Part shown: piece by piece, positions 1 through 14,199 of the stretch
Layout: the number at the start of each line of letters is the position of its first letter
Numbering within the stretch: position 1 is the stretch's first letter
Assembly (NCBI RefSeq): GCF_902713615.1
Contig: NW_024055498.1
Coordinates: 124,001-188,000, forward strand
Source of the DNA: Scyliorhinus canicula
Lineage: Eukaryota
DNA: 64,000 nt
Direction: 5' to 3'
Notes under the pieces: model-generated
Seen by the model: the letters and a program-made list of their open reading frames with translations, nothing else
What the model was told of the DNA's origin: nothing
Database searches by the model: none
Made by a program: the position numbers and the translations under genes

Positions 1-330
1 GTTTGCGGATCCACAAAGTGTTTCCAAATCCTCCCACCCACCGCCTGACGCTGACTCTGCTTCTCCGGCTCCTTCCGCCAAAGGCCTCGACTCCGCGCAT
101 GCGCAATAATGTTCAGCCCTGGCAGCTGCACCACGCATGCTCCAGCTCCCTGGGAATGATTGACGGCAGTTGTGAACCAATAGAAAGAGGGGCGGGTCCG
201 GAGGACCAAGTGAGAAAGGCTGGTCCTCCAGCCAATTGGAGACAATGAGGGGCGGGGCTGAGCTGTCTCGAGGCCGCGGTCGGTTCCGGGGGAGTTGGCG
301 GTGCTCCGGGAGGTGCCAGGTTGGTGGAGA
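1..330. promoter_or_regulatory. CpG-rich promoter cassette type B, copy 1
   Basis: NRF1-type palindrome GCGCATGCGC at 95-104, CCAAT boxes and GGGGCGGG GC boxes. Near-identical to 4955-5340 and homologous (inverted) to 26820-27490. Confidence 0.6.
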
Positions 331-536
331 GGCATCAAAACATCCTTTTCAAGCTGAAACCATGAGAAATAACTTCTCAGTCCCCATATTTGCACCGAAC
401 AAGGTCACAACTTCTCGTGATAGGCCTTGGTTGACGCCATCTTTCTGGTGGGGTGGAGATGCCGCCTCTGGGCTGGGGTGAGCACAGGGAGAAGTCTCAC
501 AAAACCAGGGTAAAGTCCAACAGGTTTATTGGAAAT

Positions 537-571
537 CACAAGCTTTCGGACAGCGATTCCTTCCTCAGGTG
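537..571 (-). ncRNA. Minimal type I hammerhead ribozyme (Penelope pLTR)
   Basis: Minus strand reads CAC-CUGAGGA-A-GGA(AUCGCUG)UCC-GAA-AGCU-U-GUG: intact core, 3-bp stem II, palindromic AGCU stem III. Confidence 0.65.
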
Positions 572-605
572 AAGTGGAGGCAGGTTCACAGGTACAGCGT
601 AGATA

Positions 606-960
606 CATAGAACAGTACAGCACAGAACAGGCCCTTCGGCCCTCGATGTTGTGCCGAGCAATGATCACCCTACTCAAACCCACGTATACACTCTATACCC
701 GTAACCCAACAACCCCAACCCCCCACCCCCCCCCCCCCACTTAACCTTACTTTTAAGGACATTACAGGGCAATTTAGCATGGCCAATCCACCTAACCCGC
801 ACATCTTTGGACTGTGGGAGGAAACCGGAGCACCCGGAGGAAACCCACGCACACACGGGGAGGACGTGCAGACTCCACACAGACAGTGACCCAGCCGGGA
901 ACCGAACCTGGGACCCTGGAGCTGTGAAGCATTTATGCTAACCACCATGCTACCGTGCTG
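606..960 (-). mobile_element. tRNA-derived V-SINE (HE1-like), full length
   Basis: Minus strand has A/B-box head (ggtagcatggtggttagc...ggttcggttccc), V-domain 'gtgggtttcctccgggtgctccggtttcctccc', poly-G tract and CR1-like tail. Flanked by GCGTAGATA at 597-605 and 976-984. Confidence 0.9.
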
Positions 961-1535
961 CTTATCTACGCGCGTGCGTAGATAGGCAGAGACACAATTG
1001 CCAGATAATTACAGCTGGAATGTGAGTCTCTACAGGAACAGTGTGAGTGGAGTGAGGGATAATCACAGGTAATCGAGGTGCGAATTGTCTCAAACCAGGA
1101 CAGTGAGTAGGATTCTGTAAATCCGGGCAGTATGGTGGGGGTTACATGTAATGTGATATGAACCCGAGATCCCGGTTCAGGCCGGCCTCATGCGAGAAGA
1201 GTTTGACGACCAGTTTCTGCTCGGCAATTCTGGGTTGTGTGCCTTTTAAAAAATAAGTTTAGAACATACAGTGCAGAAGGAGGCCATTGAGACTGCACCG
1301 ACCCACATTAAGCCCTCACTTCTACCCTATCCCCGGAGCCCATTAACCCCTCCTAACCTTTTTGGATGCTAAGGACAATTTATCATGGTCAACCATAGGT
1401 GGGGCTATGGGGTTACAGGGACAGGGTAGGGGTGTGGGCCTAGGCAGGGTGCCCTTTCAGAGAATCAGTGCAGACTCGATGGGCCGAATAGCCTCCTCCT
1501 GCAGTGCAGGAATTCTATGGTTCTAATTCTATTCT

Positions 1536-2390
1536 ATGAATCTTTATAAAGCTCTGGTCACCACTGTTCAGGAAGGATGTGAAGTTTCTTGGAGAAGGTG
1601 CAGAGGAGATTTATCAGAATGGTTCCAGCAAAGGAGGTTGAGGGGAGATTTGATTCAGGTCCACAAGATTATGGCAGATTTCCATCAGGTGGACAAAGAA
1701 ACTCTGTTTCCATTCACTGATCGTACAAGCACTAGGGACATGGATTTAAAGTTTATGGTAAAACCTGGATTGATCTATATAAGATCCTGAGGGGTCTTGA
1801 CAAGTTGGATGTGGAGAGAATGTCTTCTCTTGTGGGAGAATCGAGAACAAGGGCATCACTGTTGCAAAATAAGGAGTCGCCCACTTCAGATGGGGATGAG
1901 GATTTTTTATTCTAGAGGGTTGTAAAACTTTGGCAATCACGTCCTTCAAAGGCAGTGGGAGCAGAGTTCTTGCATATTTTTAAGGCAGAGCTGGATAGAT
2001 TCTTGATGAGCAAGGGGGTGAAAGGTTATCAGGGGAAGGCAGGAATGTGGAGTTGAGGTTAGAATGAGATCAGCAGCAATCTTATTAAAAGGGAGCGGGG
2101 CCGAGTGGCCTGCTCCTAGTTTGTATGTAAAAGGTACAGGAGACATGAGGTGATATGAGATGTATGTTTTTACACAGCGAGCAGCAATAACCTGAAACTT
2201 GCTGCCTATCAGGGAGTTTGAAAATAGACACAATGAATCATTTGATTTCAAAAGGAAATTGGATACACAGTTGAGGGAAATAAACCTGCGAGGATACAGG
2301 GAGCAGGAGAATGGGACTGACTGGATTGCTCCAGAGAGCTAGCATGGATTCAATAGGCCGAATGCCCTTCTCTGTGCCATCATGTCTCTG
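1536..2390 (+). mobile_element. Stacked CR1 LINE 3' fragments
   Basis: RRLRGDLIQVHKIM motif in ORF 1536-1790 and repeated CR1 3'-UTR-like ends. Confidence 0.75.
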
Positions 2391-2554
2391 ACTCTTTTGT
2401 GTAATCTAGTTTTGTAATTTAACCCCGGAGGGTTCAGATATCACTCAGGATAATCTGTGCTACATTCCCTCCGAGGCCCTTCTATCCTTCCTCAGGTTTG
2501 TTGTCCAGAACTGAACACAGTTCTCCAGGTTTGGTCTAACCAGGGTTTGTGAAT

Positions 2555-2790
2555 CTCGGGGCTTTTCCAGTCACACTGAGACCTGAAATCTTCCCTCAGA
2601 GACAGAACAGACAAACCTTTTACCTTCCACACCCAGATGCTGCTGATATTCAGGTTTTGATGTGATTCTGTCAGATTGCGATGTGACGTTTGGTTTTTGT
2701 TTCCCGTCTGTTAAACCTCCACTTCCAGTATCCTATAAATTTACAGAAACCACACTGTCAGTTTAGGATAGAAATTCACAACATTCTTTC
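2555..2790 (-). pseudogene. Finger-less remnant of a ZNF coding-exon 5' part
   Basis: Matches the pre-finger segments at 19360-19600, 48440-48690, 58370-58620 and 63760-63990 ('gcttttccagtcacactga...cagaacagacaaac...gatattcagg'). Confidence 0.6.
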
Positions 2791-2979
2791 CTCACTAATT
2801 TTGATTAAATGTATTCCAGGAGGTTTGACCACATGACCTGACCCATCCTCCAGCCATTAATCGGTCAACACATCCATCCTTGTGACACACTGCCTTCCTC
2901 GGCCAATTGGGAAGCAAAATGACTCATTACCTTACAGGACAGTGTTTGACTGTTAGCCAATCAACCTTTATCCCATTTT

Positions 2980-3264
2980 NNNNNNNNNNNNNNNNNNNNN
3001 NNNNNNNNNNNNNNNNNNNNNNNNNNNNNNNNNNNNNNNNNNNNNNNNNNNNNNNNNNNNNNNNNNNNNNNNNNNNNNNNNNNNNNNNNNNNNNNNNNNN
3101 NNNNNNNNNNNNNNNNNNNNNNNNNNNNNNNNNNNNNNNNNNNNNNNNNNNNNNNNNNNNNNNNNNNNNNNNNNNNNNNNNNNNNNNNNNNNNNNNNNNN
3201 NNNNNNNNNNNNNNNNNNNNNNNNNNNNNNNNNNNNNNNNNNNNNNNNNNNNNNNNNNNNNNNN
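2980..3264. other. Assembly gap (N run)
   Basis: Run of N. Confidence 1.
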
Positions 3265-3267
3265 ACT

Positions 3268-3830
3268 CGCTCCCCCTCCCCCCCCCTCCACTCTCTCCCC
3301 CCTCCCCCCACTCTCTCCCCCTCCCCCCTCCCTCCACTCTCTCCCCCTCCCTCCACTCTCTCCCCCTCCCCCCCTCCCTCCACTCTCTCCCCCTCCCCCC
3401 CCCCTCCACTCTCTCCCCTCCCCCCTCCCTCCACTCTCTCTCCCCTCCCCCCCCTCCCTCCACTCTCTCCTCCCCCTCCCTCTCTCTCTCCCCCTCCCTC
3501 TTCTCTCCTCCCCCTCCCTCTTCTCTCTCCCCCTCCCTCTTCTCTCTCCCCCTCCCTCTTCTCTCTCTCCCCCTCCTCTTCCTCTCTCCCCCTCCCTCCT
3601 CTCTCGCCCCTCCTCTTCTCTCCCCCCCCCTTCTCTCTCCCCTCCCTCCTCTCTCCCCCTCCCTCCTCTCTCCCCTCCCTCCTCTTCTCTCCCTCCCTCC
3701 TCTCTCCCCCTCCCTCCTCTTCTCTCCCTCCCTCCTCTTCTCTCTCTCTCCCCCTCCCTTCTCCTCTCCCCCCTCCTCACCCTACCCCCACCCCCTCCTC
3801 TCCCTCCCAACTCCTCTCCCTCCCAACTCC
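3268..3830. repeat. Polypyrimidine (C/T) low-complexity tract
   Basis: Almost entirely C/T on the + strand. Confidence 0.95.
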
Positions 3831-3934
3831 TCTCCCCCCCCACATACCCTACCCCCCCTTCCTCTCCACCCCACACACTGGCTCCCTCCATACACTCTCC
3901 CCCCTCCCCACTCACATACATTAACTCCCCCCCC

Positions 3935-4578
3935 ACTCACATACATTCACTCCGCCCCCCCCCCCCACATACACACACTCCGCCCCCCCCCTCCCACATA
4001 CACTCACTCCACCCCCCCACATACACTCACTCCGCCCCCCCCTCCCACATACACTCACTCCACCCCCCCACATACACTCACTCCGCCCCCCCACATACAC
4101 TCACTCCGCCCCCCCACATACACTCACTCCGCCCCCCCTCCCACATACACTCACTCCGCCCCCCCCACATACACTCACTCCGCCCCCCCCACATACACTC
4201 ACTCCGCCCCCCCTCCCACATACACTCACTCCACCCCCCCCACATACACTCACTCCGCACCCCCCACATACACTCACTCCGCCCCCCCCACATACACTCA
4301 CTCCGCCCCCCACATACACTCACTCCGCCCCCCCACATACACTCACTCCACCCCCCCACATACACTCACTCCGCCCCCCCACATACATTCACTCCGCCCC
4401 CCCCCCACATACACTCACTCCGCCCCTCCACATACACTCACTCCGCCCCCCCCCCACATACACTCACTCCGCCCCCCCCACATACACTCACTCCGCGCGC
4501 CCCCCCGCATACTCACTCCGCCCCCCTCCCCCACATACACTCACTCCGCCCCCCCTCCCCCACATACACTCACTCCCT
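3935..4578. repeat. Minisatellite, ~21-25 bp unit CACATACACTCACTCCGCCCCCC
   Basis: More than 20 tandem copies with a variable C-run. Confidence 0.95.
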
Positions 4579-4859
4579 CCATTCTCACTCTGCTGCATCG
4601 AAGATACACCCTCCCTATCCTCCCCCATCATGCTGATGGACAGATGTTCACAGCATTTCCTTTTCTCAACGGAGAGATCTTAAGATCCTCAGAAGCAGGA
4701 ATCGGCCATTCGGCCCATCAATCCTGCACTTCGATTTAATAAGATCATGGCTGATCGGATTGTGACCCTAAACTTCATTTTCTTCCTGTCACCCATAACC
4801 CTTGACTGCCTTTCGGATCTAACTGAGCCTTGAATATATTTAATGAAGCAGCTTCCACT

Positions 4860-5340
4860 GCTGACTGGGAATTTCCTTCCTTGCCAGAGATCAGAGTCCT
4901 CATTGATTTTAGCCCCGCAGCTGCAAACCAGGGAGCTGACAATGATGGTGAAGGGTTTGCGGATCCACAAAGTGTTTCCAAATCCTCCCACCCACCGCCT
5001 GATGCTGACTCCGCTTCTCCGGCTCCTTCCGCCAAAGGCCTCGACTCCGCGCATGCGCAATAATGTTCAGCCCTGGCAGCTGCACCACGCATGCTCCCGC
5101 TCCCTGGGAATGATTGACGGCGGTCAAAGTGGGGGCGGGACTGCAGGACCAAGTCGGAGAGGCTGATCCTCCAACCAATCGGAGTGAATGAGAGGCGGGG
5201 CTGGAGAACCGTGTGGGAGAGGCTGGTCCTCCAGCCAATCGGAGACAATGAGGGGCGGGGCTCAGCTGTCACTGTTGAGTCTTGGGGCCGCGGTCGGTGC
5301 CGGCGGAGTTGGCGGTGCTCCGGGAGGACAGATCTGCCAG
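4860..5340. promoter_or_regulatory. CpG-rich promoter cassette type B, copy 2
   Basis: GCGCATGCGC at 5049-5058 and a repeated CCAATC + GGGCGGGG unit. Position 4955 aligns to position 1. Confidence 0.6.
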
Positions 5341-5656
5341 GTTGGTGGAGAGGCATCAAAACATCCTTTTCAAGCTGAAACTATGAGAAATAACTTCTCC
5401 GTCCCCATATTTGCGCTGAACAGAGCCACAACTTCTCGTGGTGGGCCTTGTTTGACGCCATCTTTCTGGTGGGGTGGAGATGTCGCCTCTGGGCTGGGGT
5501 GGGCACAGGGTGAAGTCTCACAAAACCAGGGTAAAGTCCAACAGGTTTATTGGAAATCACAAGCTTTCGGAGCGCTGCTCCTTCCTAGGTGAAGTGGAGG
5601 CAGGTTCACAAACATAGTATATATAGGCAGAGACACAATTGCCAGATAATCAAACA

Positions 5657-5840
5657 GGGCTGGTTTAGCACACTGGGCTAAATCACTGGCTTTTAAAGCA
5701 GACCAATGCAGGCCAGCAGCACGGGTTCAATTCCCGTACCGGCTTCCCTGAATAGGCTCCGGAATGTGGCGACTAGGGGCTTTTCACAGTAACTTCATTG
5801 AAGCCTGCTTGTGACAATAAGTGATTTTAATTCATTCATT
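5657..5840 (+). mobile_element. tRNA-derived SINE ('gggctggtttagc' head, (ttcat)n tail)
   Basis: B box GGTTCAATTCC. Same family at 22655-22828 (-) and 27925-28100 (+). Confidence 0.85.
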
Positions 5841-6081
5841 ACAGACTGGAATGACAGTCTGTATAGGAACAAACAGAGTGAGAGGAGTGAGGGATAATCA
5901 CAGTAATCGAGGTGTGAATTGTCTCAAACCAGGACAGTGAGTAGGATTCTGTAAACCCGGGCAGTATGGTCAGGGTTACATGTAATGTGATATGAACCCG
6001 AGATCCCGGTTCAGGCCGGCCTCATGCGAGCAGAGTTTGATGACCAGTTCCTGCTCGGCAATTTTGGGTTGTCTCTGTGTC

Positions 6082-6304
6082 TTTTTAAAAATAAATTTAG
6101 AATATCCAATTATTTTTTTTCCCAATTAAGGGGCAATTTAGCCTGGCCAATCCACCTAACCTGCACATCTTTGGGTTGTGGGCTGAAACCCATGTAGACA
6201 CGGGGAGAATGTGCAAACTCCAGAAGGATAGTGACCCAGGGCCAGGATTTGAACCTGGGTCCTCAGCCCTGCAGTCCCAGTGCTAACTGCTTGTCATGCT
6301 GCCC
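6082..6304 (-). mobile_element. V-SINE variant with short 'cccttaattgg...ctaaattta' tail
   Basis: Same family at 12825-13048, 19668-19880, 39092-39305, 39394-39620, 49305-49460 and 61953-62175. Confidence 0.85.
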
Positions 6305-6829
6305 TTGTTGTCCTGTGTCTTGAAGGCCGCCTTGGAGAATGATTAGCCGACGACTGGAGCCTCAATCTTTCTGGTGGGCAAGATGCAGCAAGGCGCATGT
6401 CCGGCCGCCATCTGTGTAAGGGCAACATTTTGAATGACTGGGAGGAGGTTGTTCCCCATTGTTCAGAATGGAGAAAACCTGTCCATCAAACTGGATTAGT
6501 CTTTGATCTAGGGAATTTGACCGTCCATTTCCCTGATTTGCAGGGACCCAGATGATAAGTAGAGAAGTCAAGGAAAAGAAGTGAATTCTGCTCTCTGGAT
6601 CTCTCTCTCCCTCCTGGGACATTGTGCCCCACGCCTCCAAAGATTTGTGGGTCTGTTATTTACTCTGGGCCTGAATCCATCTCCATCTGCTTTACCCCTG
6701 CTCTCCCGAATCACCTTCCACCATTGTTCTCTGTCTCCAGTAATGAATGAGTTTTAACATATTTTAAATATATTTAGCATGGTTCCATTGATCAGAAACT
6801 GAACTGGACTAGCCACATTCATAATGTGG

Positions 6830-7425
6830 CTGCCAGGTCAAAGGCCAGGAATCCTGCGGCGAGTAATTCACCACCTGACTCCCCTCAAAGCCTGTCCATC
6901 ATCTGTAAGGCACAAGTCAGGACTGTAATGGAATACTCTCCACTTGCCTGCATGAGCGCAGTTCTAACAACACTAAAGAAGCTCGACACCATCCAGGACA
7001 AAGCAGCCCGCTTGATTGCCCCCCTTCCACAAACATTAAAACCCTCCAGCACCAACTAACAGTGGCAGCCGTGTGTACCATCTACAAGATGCACTGCAGT
7101 AACTCAACAAGGTTCCTTAGACAACACATTCCAAACCCACGGCCACTACCATCTAGAAGGACAAGAGCAGCAGATATCTGGGGACCCCACCGCCTGGAGG
7201 ATTCCCTACAAGTCACTCACCACCCTGAGCTGGGAATATATCGCCGCTCCTCCTGTCACTGGGGCAACATCCTGGAACTCCCTCCCTAACAGCACAGTGC
7301 ATGTACCTACACGCCCAGGACTGCAGCGGTTCAAGAAGGCAACTCAGCACCACCTTCTGAAGGGCATCTAAGGATGGAGAATAAATGCTGGCCTAACCAG
7401 CATCCTGTACATTAATTTTTTTTAA
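6830..7425 (+). mobile_element. CR1/L2-group LINE 3' fragment (tail resembles that of the DeuSINE-like SINE)
   Basis: KAQVRTVMEYSPLA...LDTIQDKAARLI post-RT motif. 3' end 'gggca..ta.ggatgg..aataaatgctggc' resembles 59240-59310. Confidence 0.7.
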
Positions 7426-8556
7426 ATGTTATTGTACTTCCACCGACCATGCCTAAATGAGGTTTCCATCACTGCTCATCCCCCGACCATCTCACTGCAC
7501 CTTTCAGAGTCAGGAATTGCTTTTCCTGTGGCATAATGCATTTCTCTTCAACTTCTGAGCTTATATTGACCATTTTTATTCCCTGCAGTTCATTCTGCAC
7601 AAAGAGTGAAAATGTGAAATCTGTTTCCCTCCCCACAGATCCTGCTGAGTGTTTCCAGCATTTCCTCTTTTTATTTCAGCTTTCCAGCAACTGCAGTATT
7701 TGATTTTTTTATTGCAAGCGTCGCTCATGGAAACAGACAGACCAATTAAGAGCCAGTTTGTAGCAGGGTGGGTCCGGAGGCAGAATCTGGTCCATCGCCT
7801 CCAGTGTAAGTCTTTTTTCATTGAATCATTGAGTGATTACAATACAGACAGGGGCCGGGGCCATTCAGCCTGTCTTGCCTGTGCTAGCTCTCTGAAAGAT
7901 CAAATTAGCTTCTTCCACTTCCCTGCCCTTTCACTAACAAGAGAAAGACGAGCAGGGGGGAGATAAGAGAGAGAGAGAGTGAGTCAAGGGCAGAGAGGAG
8001 ATTACACAGTGAGAGAGAGACGAGCACTGAGGTGGAAATAAACGGTCTTGGTTATGATGTGGTTGGAAACCCATATTTAGGTGACACTGAGATTGTGAAC
8101 CGTCTGATTCAGACAGTTCCCAGGGAGAGGGATGGAGCCACTGGTGAGGGAGTGGAGTTTATAGCTGGGACTGAAGACAAGGCTTCAGTCTTGTCAATAA
8201 TTAAATTGAGAGAGGAAATTTCTGCTTATCCAGTACTGGATATCTGATTAGTCAGGACGGTATGTTACCTGGAGGGGAAACACAAGATGACGATGTTCAA
8301 TATGGAAGATTATTATTATTAATATATACCTGCTATCCCAGTCCTTTTGGGTGGTTCATGTTGATGGTTGGCAGACTTTTGTCGAGTTGTAGCTGTATAA
8401 ACTTCATCCCCTTCAACCCTGCTGCTCCACGTCGCTCTCTCTCTTTGTGTTTATGTGGGTTCTCTTTCACTCCCTTTTTTCTGTTTTAAATCAGTTTCAC
8501 AGGACATTGGAAAAGTCGCCAATTTATCATCACCTGAATATCATCAGATTTTGAAC

Positions 8557-9177
8557 ATGGAAGAGAAAAGCATCGTTCACAGTGAGGAGAAACCGTTCAC
8601 GTGTTCTGTGTGTGGACGAGGATTCAGACAATCATCTGACCTGTTAAAACATCAGCGCAGTCACACCGGGGAGAGACCGTTCACCTGCTCTCAGTGTGGG
8701 AAAGGATTCATTCAGTCATCCAACCTGCTGAGACACCAGCGGATTCACACAGATGAGAGGCCGTTCCAATGCCCAGACTGCGGGAAGTGCTATAAAAGTT
8801 CTGGGGATCTCAAGTCCCATCAACGTGTTCACACTGACGAGAAACCGTTCAGATGCTCTCACTGCGAGACTGGGTTCAGGCGATCATTTAACCTCACTCA
8901 ACACCAGCGAGTTCACACCGGGGAGAGACCATTCACCTGCTCTAACTGTATGAAAGGATTTATTACCCCATCCCAACTGCGGACACACCAACGCATTCAC
9001 ACTGGGGAGAAGCCATTCACTTGCTCCAAGTGTGGGAAGGGGTTCACTTGTGCATCAGCTATGCTGGTTCACCAGCGAATTCACACCAGAGAGAAGCCAT
9101 TCACCTGCCCTCATTGTGGGAAAGGATTCACTCAGTCATCCAACCTGCTGAGACACCAGCGGATTCACACTGATTAG
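8557..9177 (+). CDS. Tandem C2H2 zinc-finger protein, 7 fingers (MEEK-type)
   Basis: Seven C-x2-C-x12-H-x3-H units with TGERP/TDEKP linkers. ATG at 8557; candidate acceptors AG at 8493-8494 and 8501-8502. The stop TAG replaces a linker Glu codon. Confidence 0.75.
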   Translation: MEEKSIVHSEEKPFTCSVCGRGFRQSSDLLKHQRSHTGERPFTCSQCGKGFIQSSNLLRHQRIHTDERPFQCPDCGKCYKSSGDLKSHQRVHTDEKPFRCSHCETGFRRSFNLTQHQRVHTGERPFTCSNCMKGFITPSQLRTHQRIHTGEKPFTCSKCGKGFTCASAMLVHQRIHTREKPFTCPHCGKGFTQSSNLLRHQRIHTD

Positions 9178-10960
<1,783 letters not shown>

Positions 10961-11919
10961 TGCACAGAGGGTGTCTGTGTGTGCTGCCTGGAAACACAGT
11001 TTCTGATAATGGAATTCATATTGATCAGAGATCCTGGATTTCATTTCAAATTGTTACAGTGTTGCTCCCTAAAAACTAAATATACCATGTGTTTTTACCG
11101 TATTATCCATAACACTTAATACGAGCTCGGAAAATAAGAAACAATGAGATATTTGTTCAATGTTTTTATTTCTATCACATAACCCATTCCAGACAGAGAC
11201 CGTGAGATTACTGGATACTGACGGGAGGTCCCATCAGAAAGATCAGTGAGCATGTTATTCTAATCTGATCAATCTGCTCAAAGGTAGATCTGGTCAGGAA
11301 CACCAAGTGTTTATATCGATCCTTTTTGACTTTAGTAACGTGTTCTTAACTTGTCAACACACTCTGGTTATTTATTTATCAAAGTGGAACACATGAACCC
11401 ATTAATTCACCTGGTAAATGATGTCATGCTCTTTAGTCAGTCTGTGTGATATTACCACTACTTTTCTCATGGTTTAGAACTGAATATCTCCTCTCTTAAA
11501 AACTTAAGAATGTCTTTGTATTTAGTCCATTTCCTGACCCTCAGGCTCAGTGTCGAGAATATACATTGTTTGTCCTTTCGGATTATTTATCTCTTCATGT
11601 CCAATCTTATCCTCAGTCTGACCTCTGAGAACCTGTTTCTATTGGAGGTCCTTCGTTTTAATGTGTGTAAGTGACATTACTGTTGAATAATGTTTATTAA
11701 AGTTATTCAGATATTCTCTGCGTTGCCTCACTCTGTCTACATTCCCCATCACGAGAATCAATAAGGTTCTTACTTTTGTAGCCTTAGAGTTTTCTCTTGC
11801 TCAGTGCAAACATTTCTATTATATTCTTTCTCCTTGCAACTTGTTTACTTGAATTTCTGTAACACTGGGGCCTTTACACACACTTCCCCGAGGGGAACTC
11901 CGGAATTTTCTATATGTAA

Positions 11920-13955
11920 ACTGTGGTCGCCGAAACCCGAGTGCAGCTCGCCCTCAACCTGTGCTCCGACATGGCGCTGCTCGTTAAATCTTCCCGCACC
12001 GACGTGAAAGAGGCAGGAGAAACGGACGCGGCTGAGCAGTTCGAGCTGAAATCTTTCCTCGCCCGGCTCCAGAGGGAATGAAGGGGCCCGTGCTCCTCTT
12101 TTCCCTCCAAGCTCTCAATAGATGGCAGTGCAGGTGGCAATTTACTGCTGACATGGAGGTGACAACAGCCAACCTCAACATTAACGGCAGCTGGGACACA
12201 CTCCACAGGTTCCAGAACTTCTCGGTCCTCTGTGACGGGAAGTATGCGGCGTACTTCCTGCAGGAAACCAACACCGCTCTGGGAGACAAAGCCACGTGGC
12301 TCCTGGAGTGGGGGGGGGGGGGGGGGGCGGTCTACATGAGTCACCTATCCTCACGTTTAGGTGGGTTGGCTATCTTGTTGGTCCCACATTTTCAGACGGA
12401 GATCTTGAGGGTCAAGGAGCCAGTGCCAGGTCGGTTGCTGCACCTGACGGTCCGCGAGGGGGGTGAGGTACCTCACCTTGTGAATGTCTACGCCCCCTAG
12501 GCTGGCCAGCAGCAGACGGCTTTCTTCGAGCAAGTATCCACTCTCCATGGCATCATCGCTGCAGGCAAGTGTATCATTCCGGCGGGGGGAGGGGTTTAAT
12601 TTCAATTGCACATTCGGGACAAAGGACCGCCTCGGTACCCTGTGCAGCTCTCGTGCGGTGATGAAGTTAAGGAACCTGCTCGGGTTCTTTGACTGGTGGA
12701 TGTCTGGCAGACTCTCCATCCTGACTCCAGCGTCTTCACTTTTTTGAGGCCTGGGCTCGTAGTGTGCAGAATTGGCCGCCTCTACATTTCAAGGTCACAG
12801 CTGCCGTGTTTCCATTATTTTTCTTTTTTTTAATTTAGAGCATCCAATTCATTTTCTCCAATTAAGTGACAATTTAGCGTGGCCAATCCATCTACGCTGC
12901 AGATCTTTTGGGTTGTGGGGGTGAAACCCATGCAAATACGGGGAGAATGTGCAAACTCCACACGGACAGTGACCCAGAGCCGGGTTTGAACCTGGGACCT
13001 CGGTGCCGTGAGGCAGCCGTGCTAACGACTTGTGCCACCGTGCTACCCTGCCCCATTTCCTGATGGCCTCTGTGCAGCAGGTGCCGTGATTGCACCACTG
13101 TCTGGTCTGGGTGGGTCTCACCCTCAGACGTGGTCTGCGTACTGGCACTTCAACAACCTGCTGCTGGAGGACGAGCGGTTCCTTTGGCTCGTTCATCGGA
13201 TCTGGACCGGCTGGAGAAGGAAGCGGAGAGGCTTCCCCTCCCTGAGGTTATGATGGGACAAGACTCCCATGCCTACCTTCTGTCAGGAGTATGTGATGGG
13301 GTCGACAAGAAATCCAAGGTTGAGGAGTTTGAAAAGGAGGTACGTGACCTGGAGTCATGTCTCAGTCAGCCCGATGAGGATCCGGCCCTGTGGCTGTTGC
13401 ACTGGGAGAAGAAGTGCGCACTGCGGGATCTGCAACTTATCAGGTCCCGTGGCATGTATCTGAGGTCATAGATCCAGATCGTCATGGACCCCAGCTTTCC
13501 TACTTCAGGCAAAAATGCGCAGGGTCGGTCAGCTGTTCCTTACACTGCTGGCTGGCTGACGACAGGTCCCTCATCTCGGGTCAGGGCCCAAATTCAAAAC
13601 ATTTAGTGCCCATTTCTCCTGGATCTGTCCATCGAGTTTTGTGGTAGGACCTGCTGTAGATCAGCCCAGAAGGCGCTGTGAGATTTGATAACCTTCTCAG
13701 CCTGGGGGATCTGACCTGTGCCCACGACAGCCTGTCCAGGGGCTAAACCCCCGGGCTGACCGTGCAGACTTTCAGAGTTTTCTGGAACTTCCTGGGGAAC
13801 GACGACGCAGGGGTCCTGGGGGAAAGTCTGGCGACTGGGGAGATACCACCATTACCCTGCTGCCAAAGAGGGGGTATCTCCCCCACCTTAAAAACTGGTA
13901 ACCGGTCTCCCTCCTCAGCACGGATTACAAAATCTTCGCCAACATTTATTTCCCA
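11920..13955 (+). mobile_element. Degenerate Tx1-like (L1 group) LINE: ORF1 end, APE endonuclease and start of RT
   Basis: MEVTTANLNING...FLQET...GGLAILL...PGRLLHL...LVNVYAP (APE). Downstream WHFNNLLLEDERF and 'LKNW.PVSLLS.DYKI'-like RT start. Frameshifted, with a SINE at 12825-13048. Confidence 0.75.
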
Positions 13956-14199
13956 TCCCTAATTGTCCCAGAGAAGGTGGGAAGCTGCTTTCCTGAACCG
14001 CTGCAGTCGGTGTGGTGTTGGGACACCCACTGTGCGTTCCTGAGGGAATTCCAGGAGTTTGACCCAGCGACAGTAAAGAGTCAGTCGAAGGGGAAGCACG
14101 GGAGCACAGTGGTTAGCACTGTTGCCTCGCAGTGCCAGACCCAGGTTCGATTCCAGCCTTGGGTGACTCTCTCTCATCCTTTGCAGACTCCTTAAATCT

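Larger units (their letters stand above)
450..1245 (-). mobile_element. Penelope-like element 3' fragment (family 1), interrupted by a SINE
   Basis: Reverse complement matches the 3' part of the GIY-YIG Penelope at 35146-35727, including the hammerhead and the 'aaacctgttggacttt...ctgtgctcaccccag' end. Confidence 0.75.
5470..6345 (-). mobile_element. Penelope-like 3' fragment (family 1), duplicated copy with two SINE insertions
   Basis: Colinear with 450-1245. Hammerhead at 5558-5591 has the core CUGAGGA reduced to CU-AGGA. Confidence 0.75.

Noticed and set aside
2907-4739. 610-aa Pro-rich ORF and antisense Gly/Glu/Arg-rich ORFs
   Set aside because: They span an N gap, a C/T tract and a minisatellite, and are open only because of low complexity.
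5558-5591. Active hammerhead in the duplicated Penelope copy
   Set aside because: The core reads CU-AGGA (G5 missing); the copies at ~20150-20195 and ~21040-21065 are also decayed.
5657-5750. tRNA genes at A/B-box motifs
   Set aside because: All are SINE heads followed by SINE bodies; no clean cloverleaf or terminator was found.
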